Shown here in pieces: positions 25,010 through 38,692 of a DNA stretch of 64,000 nucleotides. This DNA comes from Botryllus schlosseri. Its lineage: Eukaryota. Positions within the stretch are counted from its first letter, which is position 1. Each line of letters starts with the position of its first letter. Made by a program: the position numbers and the translations under genes. Below the pieces are notes generated by a model that had not been told where the DNA came from, searched no databases, and was given only the letters and a program-made list of their open reading frames with translations. Location of the stretch: positions 33,668,001 through 33,732,000 of the forward strand of contig CM119372.1 of NCBI GenBank assembly GCA_051294905.1, read 5' to 3'.

Positions 25010-26387
25010 CAGTGGTTCTCAACCACCGGTCCGCGACGACATTATTGCCGGTCCGCCAGGTAGCCTACATTAGAATGTTATACCTTAATTTCAAGATGCA
25101 ATGTTGCGGACTTGTTCATTGATAAAATAAATAAAACATGGAATTTTAAAATGATTAAGAAGTTTGTGAGGTAACATTAGGACTGGAAACATTATTGATT
25201 TGACTTAAAGTCCAAGACGTGTCATTTGACGACATTGGAGCGACAAGTACAGAACAGATACGAGCTGACTCATCGCCAAACAGCGCAGTTTGCGCGATCA
25301 TTGGTTTTCGATTCATTCATTTTGTACAGGACTGCAGCGAGGGCACCTCAAACCGCTCAATTGGAGAGGGGCCAATCTTTAAAAGAGCCCAAAATTATTT
25401 TTCAAATGAACATCAATCACGGCGTATTTTTTTGAAACTTTTCCAACAGTTTTCAGTTTCTTTTCGAGCTTTGCGTGGATTCGTGTCACTAAGTGTCTTG
25501 CTTATTAGGCGCCCTTCTTCGAGAAACACGCATGATTCATAGAAATAGGTATTTCGGCGTCAGCCATTACCACGCCACGACGTACCAACACATAATGAAT
25601 TTTAGGCTAACATGGGACCCCGAAAGGTGTGCCAAAAATTCGGCAGCGAGAAAATCGATTCAGGCATGAATGATCGAAAACTTTCGCTATGGTCGCGATT
25701 AAGCTACATAAACTCTCTGCAAATACTGAGTAGAATGAGTGTGCCCACAAAAACAGATGAAAATATCCGCTTAACGGTATGGCATGGGGGTGAAGCCCCC
25801 GGAAGTTTGACTTATCGCCCTGTGGGGACCAAGGCTAACGCTTTAGGGGTGGGCAGACTAAGTACCTTTTCGGGCCGGATTTGCGGATGGCCGGTATAGT
25901 TGCTGAAAGGTGTTTTCTTGCGGCCCGCATTGTATTCGTAGTTGCCAGAGTAGCCTATGCGTCTGGTGAAGGAGAGCCTGAGCAATGAGCAAGGTAGCAC
26001 GACAAGGGTGCTTGGCTCCACTCCGAAATGCTTTTTCTCTCAATATTGTCAAAGAGAAGAATATTATTCTAGTTGGCGTCGTCGGTTAAACACACGGCCT
26101 TCGGCGCGAAAGACTGTGAACGACTGTCAGCGGTAGCATGTTCATCTGGACAAGGCAATTTTACCCAGACTCAACAGACTGACTAGTGACTACCATAGAA
26201 TCACATGGACGCCACAATGAAGATAATTAATTACGATCAAAACCCTCTAAATTACACTCTCTAGCACCATATAATTCTGAAACACGGTTGCATTTTGGAT
26301 TGATTTCGATTTTGAAAGTTCATCGGTCCGCCAGACATTTTTTGAAATTTTACCGGTCCGCGAGGTGAAAAAGGTTGAGAACCACTG
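25010..26387. mobile_element. hAT (Charlie/Buster-like) MITE
   Basis: CAGTGGTTCTCAACC/GGTTGAGAACCACTG; perfect TSD CCCTAGAG. Confidence 0.85.
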
Positions 26388-26728
26388 CCCTAGAGCCTTA
26401 AAGCCTCATCTTTCTGGTAACTTCACAACCATGTTTGTGCGTGACAAATGAGCTTTCTCAGTTGCCCGGCTAGTTTTTCATATGGGGGTTTGCTCAAATA
26501 TCGGGCGAAGGGGTACAAGGCACAACAAAGGTTTGGAACCACTGATTTAACCGATTTACAGTCAACTGACTTGTTATACAAAATTTTGGGTGGGGGCCCA
26601 CCAGACCAACGAGGTCGTAAGCACTACGGTGTTTAAAACCACCGATACAAATTCAAACGAGAGAGCAGGGAGCAGATGTACGTCATCCATTACAAAACAA
26701 ACACGCATAAGAAATTAGTGGTATTCGT

Positions 26729-29700
26729 CAGACATGGGGTACTCGCGATTAGTAATCGTAATCGATTACGACGATTACAGCATTTTCAAGTAATCGTAAT
26801 CGCAATCGATTACATTCGAAAAAATTCCGAAGTAATCGTAATCGTAATCGAATACTTTCCATATCTAATCGATTTCTTTGTGAAAGAACGATTACTTTTT
26901 ATTTGTATAAGGAATATGAAATGAACTGAATATTCGAGAACAAGGAAGAGGTGTTATACCAGTTACATGATAGCACAAACGTCTGATTTTCAAATGCCAT
27001 TGCCCATTATTACGTCAGAAGTAGCCTATTAGCTTTGCTAGTCATTGTGTGCCACAGTAAATAGATATTCGATGTACGTACATTAGTGTGATTGTAAGAA
27101 CAGCCGCTGTGCTGTTTATCAGCTTATCAACACGTCTCACACGCCATAGTACCCCGCAGCAGGATAATTAATCACCACTTTGCCTAGTTTAAAATAGTAA
27201 CTTGTGCATTAATGTTTGGTTATGCTTAGTTAAACGCAGTTTGACAGTTGCTGATTGGCGAGCAGTAGGCCTATGTACGTTCACCGGAGAAAGATTTAAA
27301 ATTTTGTACTCGTCAAATAAAACGAAGCATTAAACATCAACAGCTGCTGATACACAGTGGCGGTTCGTGACAATATCGGGTGGTGGGGCAAGGGCTGCAA
27401 GCGACTTTTTATCACGATGACGTCACAATGGCGTTTTCCAACGTAAACAAGTAACTTAATGATGGTACGGTAACATGAATTTCCCGGCAACACTGATTTT
27501 AACGTATGTGCCACGAGAGGTCCGCTGGTGAGCTGTGACTTGAAGTGTGGTAACTGCGTAAACGGCGTACGGAACAAAGATTCAACACGGTTCATGTTCG
27601 CATTAGACCTGACTAATTATCTGCAGAAATGGAAATGACTATAACTCGAGAGATAGCGTAAGCCTAATTGGAAAGGTCAACGAATTCGGACAGATACGCA
27701 ATTGTTATCTCATAGATTGGGCCTGTCCTATTGAATCCAAAACATCATTGTAAAGGACTAAGAATAGCAGCCTCGGAAATTTGGTCTCGGTACAGCATAA
27801 GAGATTTTGGCCTTGAAACTGGAGACTGTAACACGACACATACGTTTTTATTACTGTCTTATAGGTCTGCTGCGAAATCGCCTTTGAAAAATATATTACC
27901 GAATAAATACGTGGATGAAAGCCCTAAACTTGGTACACTGTTACATGACATTATCGAGAAGTGGCCTCATGGCCCTTTTCGGTATGGTACACTGTCAAAA
28001 TTAATGCGAACAGACCAACACCGAATTTTGCGTAAAATTTACTGAGGAATAGGCTGATCAAGTGACGGGGGGGTTGTACGCAAATGGCTTGAAGGCCACA
28101 ATTTCACGGTGAAATTGACATTGGAGAATATTCGATCAAAGTAAATATTTGAATGCAAACTGAGAATGATATCATCATCTCACTTAACGTTACCGCAGAT
28201 ACACCGGCTTTTGCGTGAAATCCGCAATGTGTTGTAGGCTAAGGTGTCAGATCGGAGCACATCTTTACCATACTCGACCTTGATAACGAAATTACTGCCC
28301 TAATCATTGAGTGTCAACCTTGAGACTTGGCACAGCGTTCGATACTAAAATCAAGACATACCGTGCAGAAGCTTGTGATGGATCTAGGTAAGGAGCATCG
28401 TTAAAATCAATAGAGACCAATACCGGCTTTGCGTATAATCTGTTAGCGATAAATGACGAGTCAGCTCTCACTCGAATTAGGAAACGAAATTACCACTAAC
28501 ACAGTTCAGTGACAAACTTAAAACTTGGTACAGCGTTCGATACTAACATTAAGACTTACCGTGCCAAATGTCATAACCGATCTCAGTATTGAACACCGTC
28601 AAAACCAATGGATACCAATACCGGCTTTTGAGTAAAATCTGTTTGCGATACATGACGGATCAGCACACACTTAACTTCGGAAACGGAATTACTACCCTAA
28701 ACTTTAAGTAGAAACCCTGAAACTTGGGGCAGTGTTAAATACCACCATCACGACATGACATAACAAGTTTCAAGAGTTTTCATGGTGTGAAACCCCATTA
28801 AAATCGACCTATACCAGCAAAGGTCGACTAAACGCATATGACGGTAACAGAGTTCAGCTATAGATACGATTGTTACATCACACCTTAAGGGCACAGAGCT
28901 ATCGTGCCCCGGTTGCTCGGTAATTTTATGAATAGGAGAGAGTAAATCACCGTTTCTTTATTGTGCGCGGTTTTGAGAGAATAGACAGTGAAAGCTTGTT
29001 ATGAGCGCTACCGGGGCAAGCCCCGGCTAGGCATTCGCAAAGCGAAAACACAGAAGAGAATTCGATTTTCGCATAGACTTCGCTATATATGGGCATTTAC
29101 AAGCGAAAGGACAAGAAGTATACGATTTTCGCTGTGATTTCGGTTTATATAGATAGGTGTGCGTCTGTAAATGGTAAAGAATTGGTATTGAACAGAATTT
29201 TAGGTGGGGCAATGCCCCAGTTGCCCTATAGGACGAGCCGCCACTGCTGATACATATCGTAACCGAGCCGTTTTTGCCGTTTCTCGTAACGGCAGCTTGC
29301 AGTACATATCTGTATTAAGTTCAAAGCAGAGTTTTATGTTCTCTGCATCTTATTCTCGTATGACTCTACTGCCGTCATAGCCATGGACTTATATATCATG
29401 TTAGCGTGGGATATACCTAGAATCAGAACCAAAACAACAATTCGTCCCCCAGTCCAAACGTTGGTCTTTGGCCCCCATTGGGTGGTATTTTCAAGTTGAA
29501 GACTGAATGTCATCAATAACATTGGTAATAGCATTATATTATTATTAATTTTTAATCCTCTCTCTGCCCCCGATAGTCAGATTTACGTCTGGTATCTTGT
29601 TATAATTACTTTAGTGTATGTTGTTAATTCAAGGCCTCCGGTCTGTTATATAACCAAAAGATATTGTTGCATCCCAAACGTAGCAGACTAAAAGAAAAAA

Positions 29701-30751
29701 CTTTTGTGAGACGCACACACAAATTGTCATGTCTTTAATGTTCTGTGGGTGCCCGGGAGTGGCATTTGCATTGTGGATTCAGATTGGAATGACCAGACTA
29801 TTAGTCACGACCACCCAGCGCGGCTATTGACAATGGGCACATACCCTAAGTTTCGGCCAAGGTCTTTCTTTAGTAGCACACTTCGTGAAGTCGCGTGTTG
29901 GTCGAAACTGCATGTCTTTTGGTGCGTCGTGACACGGTATTGAATGGAACCTAAATGCCCATTACTATAAATTAGGGGTGCTTTTAGAACAAAATCAATT
30001 TAAAGCAAACATGTTTAAAAGAAGGCCCTTGTTTAAAACATGTTTTTTATTGATTCTTTTTTTATGCAATGGCGTCCGGAATGTGGATTGACATTGGCAA
30101 TTGAAATATAGGGAAATATAGCTCATTTTACGAAATATCTTTAATACAATTGTTGAAACGACTATTTTGAGGATGTATGTCGGCTACATCGGGTGGCAAT
30201 TGTCCGTAGGCTCATACAACATGTTTTTTCGAAAGCATTTACACAAATATGGCATAATTTTACAACTTGAAAAAACACAATTTTCAAGTTATTTAAATCT
30301 CTCAAAAATACTCTATGATTCATGTAGGTTTAAGAAATACTTTTGAGTCCCCTTCGAGCTCGCTCCCCGCCCTATTGAGAAATGTGGGATGGGCACTGGT
30401 CAATCATGAACCTGGCAAGAATGCAAATCGTTGGGTGCGATAAATCGTCCACTATAAAAATGGGCAATATGTACATTATGACGTAACAAGCAAATGACGC
30501 ATCTTTTTAAAGGAAGTTTGTTATCTCATTAGGCGTTTTCAGAGCAATCCATATATTGTCTTCCAATAAAAATTCTAACATGCAAAATAAATGTAATCGT
30601 GAGTAATCGTGATTACTTTTCCAATGTAATCGTAATCGTAATCGACTACTTCCCGATTTTGCTGTAATCGTAATCGTAATCGTAATCGCGTCATTCAGAA
30701 GTAATCGTAATCGCAATCGACTACATTCATGAAGTAATCACCCCATGTCTG
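26729..30751. mobile_element. hAT-type element with (GTAATC)n subterminal arrays and internal cargo
   Basis: TIR CAGACATGGGGT/ACCCCATGTCTG; perfect TSD GTATTCGT. Confidence 0.85.
27905..28820. repeat. Degenerate ~200-bp tandem repeat, about 4-5 copies
   Basis: AAACTTGG-like motif recurs at ~27927, 28323, 28521 and 28721; ACCGGCTTT recurs at ~28203, 28422 and 28620. Confidence 0.6.
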
Positions 30752-31897
30752 GTATTCGTACCATTCCGCGATCAGTATCTTTCTCATTCCTATATAATAA
30801 TAAGATGATCTTCACCAATGAGTTGTTAACTGCTGTGAACTGTGTCTTAACTATGTTTGAGAATCTGCAATGTAAATATTTTATTGTTTGCTGCTTGAAG
30901 CTATATTTGTTTGCTGGTGGAAAAATCCCCATCCACTCCCGTTCGCCTTCCGGTTCCAATGAATTTAGGAATCAGTTGATTGGAAAAAATGATCGGAAAT
31001 ATACATTGTAAATATATCGCACAATCTATGATGCATCACCCAGCCGAATGTTTTCTTTGTAATTCAAGTTGATAAATGCCCGGTTAATCAGCGATTGGCA
31101 ACGCGGTGTGCATTCTATATACCCTCAGCGCCTACGGATACAAACATTTTCCTGTTTTGAGATGTTTTGTTGTGGATTGTGGATAAAAAAAAGTTGGATG
31201 AGTAGGGTCAATCACGGTGACTTCGAAATGTTTACAAAAATCCAATTTCTCCTGTCATATATATATATATATATAACCATTTTTTCTACAATACCTTCAA
31301 GATAAACTGCTAGATCGAAATGACCAGGCTTGATGTTATATGTTCATTAAAAAATTTGTTCGTCAATTTTGGTGTCGTCGGAAGCGTTACGCGTTATTAC
31401 TACATTTACCACCACCTATATTTGTGGAAATGGATTTTCGGCACTCGTAAATATATCCTAATGAACGCGCGGATTTTCAAGACACGACCACGTATTTCAA
31501 GAAATGCAATTGCAGAATTCGCTTTTAAGTAATAGAAGTCAACTCGATTTCTGCATGGATAGTATGATCTTTTTTTCAAGGAAGGTCAATTTACTGCTGT
31601 TTAGCACCAAGCCTACAGTTATAATTTGTACAAGACATATGACTATTGCGTGCTAATTGAGCTGAATTTGAAGAAAAAACTTTGTTGTGGTCCGCGGGGT
31701 CCCTAACAGTGCGAAAGTGGTCCCCGAAGACAAAAAGGTTAAGAACCACTGGTCTAGCCGTTGAACAATCCGTTGGGCTTGATGACTCAAGTACTTCATT
31801 GCCAACAGGCGGCTGTCTTGTGACGACTTGAAATCGGCCCATAACTCTATTTGCAGAACATTACCACCCCATAATTTTATAGCGTTTGATCTTAGGT

Positions 31898-33438
31898 ATG
31901 GCTCTCTGTGGTTCCTCAGGGTCGTATACTAGGCACTCTTTTGAGTTTACGGATTGTTATCACAAAGAACCACAGGTGCACGGTATGGGTTTATACGCGG
32001 TTGTGAAAATATTTACTGAGAAGTCGTCGGGTATGGAATACGCCGTGAAAATCTTTAATTGCATCTACGGCGACTGTCACATTTTCAAAGCCTACGACTC
32101 GTACAGTCAGTGGTGCAAGATCCCGCTATTCATCGAGAGATTTCTTACGGGTGACTTCAAGGTATCTAGTTTTGTTCAGGAACGTGTATCGAATAGCCAT
32201 ATCCCATTCCTGTTTTAGACCCGTTTGTATAGATCAAGGGAGGGCAACCTACGGCCCGCATTACCGTTCTGTGCGGCCCGCGAGAGTCAAAAGAAACTTA
32301 TTAAAAATATTGATAAATGCGTATTAAAATCGAATTAATGCAGGGACTTGATTAAAGTTTTTAGCATATTTCATCATGATATTTTTAAGGAAGTGGTTCT
32401 CAAACTGGGGGGCGCAGCCCCCTTGCAGACGTGAAAGCATCTGAAGAAGGGCGCGAAGCTGAGATCAACTGGAAAATTTTTTCGCGCCCTGCGCGATTTA
32501 TACCGGATTCACATTTGTTGCTCTGTAATTAGTCTAAATTTCATTTTTAAAAATCTCTCATCTACAGTCGTAGCCTTGCGTTTTGTGATCGGACGATAGG
32601 GGGACGTGATATCTTTCACCATCATAAATAAGAGGGTGTGTCTTGCAAAGTTTGAGAACCACTGTTCTAACGTATAAACTTCCTATATTCTTTTTTATGT
32701 TTAATGTCTGGCGCGACAGCCCGATATTAAAGCTCACACAGTTTGAAAGGTTTGAACTGCTAAAAACCATATAAATCCTGAACGAGATTGACGTAACACG
32801 GATCACGGTTGTGATTTCAGATTGGTCACTCCAGTTTTAATTTTTTCAGTGATGTGGTTATAAAAACGATTCACGCTTGTCTTAGGTGGATTCGTTCTCT
32901 GTAAATGCGTAGAATTATGGTATTTATATTTTATCTACACACAGTATAGAAGCGTGTTTGAAGCTAACATGCTTATGATGCCGTCAGCATTGTGTGTCCT
33001 GGAACTGAAACAAAAGTGGAATTAGCAAATCTATGAACAGCTCGCTGCTGACAGATTTAAATTTCAATCCTGTTCTAAGAATCGGAACCACCGACTTTCA
33101 TCTCTATAGTTTTGACAAATTTGGTTATTGAGGTCGGCCAGCCTATGAAATCTTGCCACTTTTTCTGACGCATGTACGATATCATCAAAGCAATGCTGGG
33201 TTTGTGTTAAATAAGCATCTCCATGTCCCAACTATATAATCAAATACCAATATTGCGTTTTGATTTATATTCCCAATTTTATATAGTGCGGCCCGCGAAT
33301 GGATTCAGATGTTGAATGCGGCCCGCGAGCTCAAAAGTTTGCCCACCCCTGGTATAGATTGTTGTGTATTCTTCACAGTTGGTTGTGATCTTTGAAGAGT
33401 GCTACAACTGTTTCTACAGATGTTTCTTTACTTACTGA
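31898..33438 (+). pseudogene. Spliced, truncated paralog of the CaMK-like kinase (exons 31898-32161 and 33379-33438)
   Basis: MALCGSSG...FTDCY...HGMGLYAVVK...EYAVK parallels MLCGAG...ITDFY...GRGRWSFVK...EYAVK. A phase-0 GT..CAG intron joins GDFK to LVVIFEE, followed by an early stop. Confidence 0.55.
32235..33351. mobile_element. hAT MITE within the kinase-paralog intron
   Basis: CAAGGGAGGGCAA...TTGCCCACCCCTG; perfect TSD GTATAGAT. Confidence 0.8.
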
Positions 33439-34079
33439 AAGTGAAAACGCGGATTCTACATCGGGGAGTGACGTAGCCTTAGGTGGTAGCGATAGTATCA
33501 CGTTTCTTACAATATTCTCATTAGAAATGGCATACATATATATTATTAGGGTTGCATTTAAAAGAAACGGTGTTTTAAAACACTTTGTTTAAAACATGTT
33601 TTAAACAAATGTGCTTTTTTAAAGTGGTATAATTATGCCAAAATTGTTAAAATACATGTATGAATCAACGGACAATTACCGCCCGATATATCCGACGTAT
33701 ATGGATATGGGATGGTTGGAACCCTCAAATAAGTCGGTTCAACATTAATAGTACAGATATTTTGTCAAAATAGATTAATTTATCCTATACTTTCAATTGT
33801 CATTATCAATCTACTATTACGTCACAATTAAATATTCGTGACGTCATGGCTTTAAAAAACAAACAAACCAAACAATAAAAAACATGTTTTAAATTAGGGC
33901 CCTGTTTTAAACATGTTTGTTTAAATTGATTTTATTTTAAATGCAACCCTATTGTGTAAAGGTACGTAAAATTGAGAATAACTCATTGAATAAAGCAGCG
34001 TTCCTAACCTTTTTCATATCATCCCCTCCCCCAAGAAGAATGTGACGTGATACAATTACCCTTTTAAAAAATATAACAA

Positions 34080-35295
34080 CCCAGGTAACACAACTACATG
34101 GGACCCACAAGGTACCCATAGGGATTCCCCACGGGTCCCCATGTGGGGGACCCGATTGGGTTCCACGTGGATTTGGCGGCTATGTATGTTGGGATTATAT
34201 AGGGTCCCATTTGGGCATCCCACGAAGGAGGTAGGTAACAGAATATTACGAATCCGGTCCTTGTAGCGATGCAGGTGTTCATGTCAGGGGTAGGTAACAG
34301 CGGTAACTTACCGGGAATCTTCGTAGACATGTGATGAAGCGTTGATATTTAACTCTACATATATCTCTATCATTGTACAGTACATAAAACTTAGCCTAAT
34401 CCGTAAATCGACATATATGGGATTATCAGTATATAATAACCTTTACGGTGGGTGAGTGCAACCATTGTGCAAGTCAGTGGTTCTCAAACTGGGGGGGGGG
34501 GGGCTTGGGGCATCTGAAGGGGTCGCGACAAAGCTGCGGTCAATTGAGTATTTTCTTCGCGCTTCGCGCGATTTACCTCCTATTCATCGTTATTGCTTTG
34601 TGTATAGTCCCAATTTCATATTTGACAATTCTCTCATCAACAGTCATCCTCCCATGCCGTCAGGCTATCCGTTGGGATTGCTAGCATTCTGGCTGCATTT
34701 TGCGATATGGCGATAAAGGGCGCCGAAATTCTTCACTATCATAAAAGGGGGTGTTAAAAAAGTTTGGGAACCACCGGTGTAAGTGAAAAGTGACAATAAG
34801 ATACGTCGAATTCAATTCATATGGAGAAAGGAATAATTATAATTGTGGTGATGAAATTCAAGTTGAAAATGTCCCAGCGATCATCATCGCAAAGGAATAA
34901 ATCGGAAGCCGATAATAATATGACTTTACTATACAGATGAACAAACCTTGCTGTAGGAAAATATAAAATAAGCATCGAATAGGAAAAACTACTGGGTCCC
35001 ATGTGGGAGCCGTGTGGGAAATCGACACGTCTTCATCGACGAAAATCACAAGTTCAAATGATTTGATCACATAAATTTTACGAGTAAAATTAATCCTCAG
35101 TGAAAATAGTAGATATAAATAAGTGAGCAAGGTAGTGGGATCTAGGTGGGATTAGTATGGTATATCCCAGCTACTGCTTAGCTTGAAATCCCACTTTGGG
35201 TCCATATGGGACCCATGCTATGAGACCCATCTATTTTGCCAACCCATCTATCCACCTAACTACCACATGGGTACCACGTGGTCGTGTTACCTGGG
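34080..35295. mobile_element. CCCAG-terminal MITE (CMC/EnSpm-like)
   Basis: TIR CCCAGGTAACAC/GTGTTACCTGGG; AA on both flanks; ATGGG/CCCAT subterminal motifs. Confidence 0.65.
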
Positions 35296-35809
35296 AAATT
35301 ACATCTTGCACTCAATTAATTGTAAAACAACGTAATGATAACGTCATAATGCATGGTGAAAATATCAAGTCAATGGGAGGGTTGATGTTGTTTTCATGTT
35401 ATCCAGTGGAAGTGGTCAAATTCAAGCAAAGGGGAGGATAATTATAATAGACTGTATACCATGTAACTGTAAATCGAAAACTTATTTCGTTTTGATGGAT
35501 ACCATTGCAGAAAATCCAACTTCACGGCAGTAAGTGGAAGGAAATTCAAGCAGAAAGCTCAATGCCATTAGAACAAAGATTGGTTACTCATTTTGGAGGC
35601 GAACCCAAAAGGTTCCCATATCTTCCTCTCGTTTTTTAGAAGATATTTTGATGATGTCAGACTTATTTTTACTGATTAAACTAGACCACTACACTTCAAT
35701 ACTAACGACTATATATCTACGATTTTATTATTGTATTATGGGTGAAGAGCTAAACTTAGATTCCCCTTGTTGTGTTTCAATTTGCAAGAATAGAATAGGC
35801 TTGGTCAAT

Positions 35810-37879
35810 GGGGCTGTTCCACTTCATTTTGAACACGCGGTGGCGACAAAGTTAACTCGACCCAAATTTGTTTTGTTGCTATATACTTTACTATGGGACT
35901 GGACTAAACATCGACCTAATTTCGTGTCTTGACGTACAACGAGGATGGTGAAAGTATCCATATCAACTTAAATCATCCATATGGATATCAAATAGCTGTT
36001 AGATGACGAAATGATGCTATTTCTTGGCGTCTTGTTCTCGTGATGGAAGTGCTGAAATTATGATTCTATCCTTATCACCAACTGCAATGATTCTATCATT
36101 ATTATTTTCGCCATTTAGCGCCCAATACTACACGAGGTTGGACTGGGTTCAACACAAACCCTTTCTAGATATATTATTACCTTAACCAAATAGCTGTCTG
36201 GTTGAAAGACTTCATGTCCTTCCAATACCTTCCTATTCTTCAACCTCATCACTATCTGTTGGTGTTTTTAAATGATAAAATACTAATAATGCCAACTAGA
36301 TCTCATCATTTCTGATGATTGACAATTAAACAGTGTACCAGTAGTATTGTAGCAGTTATAATACTAATAATACCAACTATAGATCTCATCCTCTCTGATC
36401 ATTGACAATTAAACGATGTACCAGTTGTATTGTTGCCGTTATTTTGTTGAATAAAATGGAACGGTTATAAACTGAAGTCGCAAAGCGTATATAGTCTATA
36501 AAGCAAAGGTTCTCGAATATTTTTTTGCCCGACCCGAAAATAAATAGTATGGTAAGCACATAAACATTGGATATAACATTCTAAGCAACGGATTTATGCA
36601 TGCTCATTATTACACATTAACATAATTCTTAGGAAAAAGGAATGTCAACCTGCTATTTGAGAAACCCATGCATGGGACTGAGACGTAAAGCAAAATACTA
36701 TGGTGTAAACCAAATTGATACAAATAGCATTACCATATCCAAAAATTGTAAAACACAAAAATGAGCTTGTGAGTCTTGGTCATTTTTGATCATCGAGTTT
36801 GTACTTGAAAATCTTGAAGGTTGTAGCAAAGTTCGTTGTGCTACCAACATAATAGGTATCAGATAATCAGATACGTATAATAAGAGTCCATGTGCAACCG
36901 ACAATAGTCCTGTTTTGTTGAAGTAATATGAGATAGTTGTCTTACAACTAAGCCTGATTGCTAAGTCTTTCAGTTGGAAGTACACAAATGACGCCATGCT
37001 TTCAATATCCGACAGTGCTGAGTGTTTAGGATTTATAATTGGAATGATGGTTGCTTTACACTATCAACTATAGAGTATGCTTCTTTCAATAACGGGGGAA
37101 TCTCTGTAGATTCAGCTATCTCCTTTTCCGAATTGTTGAATTGTCAGAACAAGATTCCGTGACTGCTGACTTGTACGGTTTATTCTTTTGCAACAGCTTT
37201 TGACACTGACGTCTCTTCTGTAACCTCTTTCATTGAAAACAGAATAGATGAGGGTGCCTTGACTGAAGTTTCATCAGCTTCATTGTAATTCAAACGCATG
37301 ATTTTGTAGGACCTCACAGCAGCAAATGTACAATTACATAGCATAATTTTCCACAACACACAACACTCACGGGGGTACTGATTTACTGCAGCGGAAGCAG
37401 GATAAATCATGCTGGTGAAATGATATTCTGCAGACTACTTTTCCAGGAGAGGACCAGGCATCCATGCCTCTTCTTCGTAAACGGAACCCATCCTCCCTTT
37501 TTGTTTCTAATTGATGCATCTTCTGCGATCAAATGACCGTCATCCTTACACAATGAGGCATATAACACTTGCCATATCAACGATTCTCGGAAAATTTACA
37601 GCAATGTACCGGTAAGCTGCAACCTGCCAGGGTGCCAATGTCCAGCACGAGGACAAGACGCCAAGAAATAGCCTCATTTTCGTCGGCTAACAGTTATTCG
37701 ATATCCATATGGATGATATATATTGATATGGATACTTTCACCATCATTGTTGTACGCCAAGAGACGAAATTCGGTCCATATTTAGTCCATTCCCATAGTA
37801 AAGCATATAGCAACAAAACAGATTTGGGTCGAGTTACCTTTGTCGCCACCGCGTGTTCAAAATGAAGTGGAACAGCCCC
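35810..37879. mobile_element. Non-autonomous DNA transposon with ~220-bp TIRs and decayed coding remnants
   Basis: GGGGCTGTTCCACTTCATTTTGAACACGCGGTGGCG... mirrored at ~37655-37879; AT on both flanks. Confidence 0.8.
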
Positions 37880-38692
37880 ATTGAATAATAGTAGACTCCA
37901 ACTCTTTTAAATGGAACGCAGATCTGGCTCGCGCAATGACAGTGAACATATCATCATTATAGTGTTGTGCGCAGGTGAGGCTTTCACTTAAATGTTGACC
38001 AATCGACGAAGCATATGCTTGGTAATCGTCATAGCAATCTGTTTTCGCAGCTAATTTGCATTGGCGTGCGAGCTCCGAGCGGTCATTTGCGCATGTTTTG
38101 AGCGAATCAATTTGGGAATATGCCGCTTTATACCAGGGTTAACCTACGTCCTCTTTTAAGAAGATTTGTCCTCTTTTTTGGCTTTTTTGAAAGTGTCCTC
38201 AGAGGACGCCCAAATGTCCTCTTCTTTGAGAATTTTGCTTAAATATGGCAAAATCGACTTAGATGTATTAAATCAGCACTAAAGTAACGATCCACCGGGT
38301 ATATTTGGAGCTGGGCTACGATGTGGGAAAGATTTGCCATTTTTACGGATTTTCCTACGGTTTTGCAAGTCTGAAGATTTGGAAAAGGTGTCCTCTTTTG
38401 AAATTTTCAAAATATGGCAGCCCTACTTTATACAAGCTCAAACAATCTTTGAGATGGACGTCCTACATACCAACTATCACAGTGGCACTTGTTTTGGTAG
38501 ACAACATTACTTGCATTAAAGGCAGGTCTGACGAATCAGTTTAAATCCTTTTAGTGTGCCGTTAACTCATGAAAAGTGGCACCCGAAAAGTTCTCGCGTT
38601 CAATAAATTTTCTACTATAATGGATATTGTATTGAAAGCTATATTCAAGTTCTGTACCACGAACCAGCTATTTAAACATCGATACGATACAA

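Noticed and set aside
25775..25850. HDV-like ribozyme (GGGGTGA/TCGCCCT P1, GGCTAA)
   Set aside because: Could not build a proper P2, P3/L3 or P1.1.
26070..26230. tRNA or tRNA-derived SINE
   Set aside because: An A-box-like start only; no B box or cloverleaf visible.
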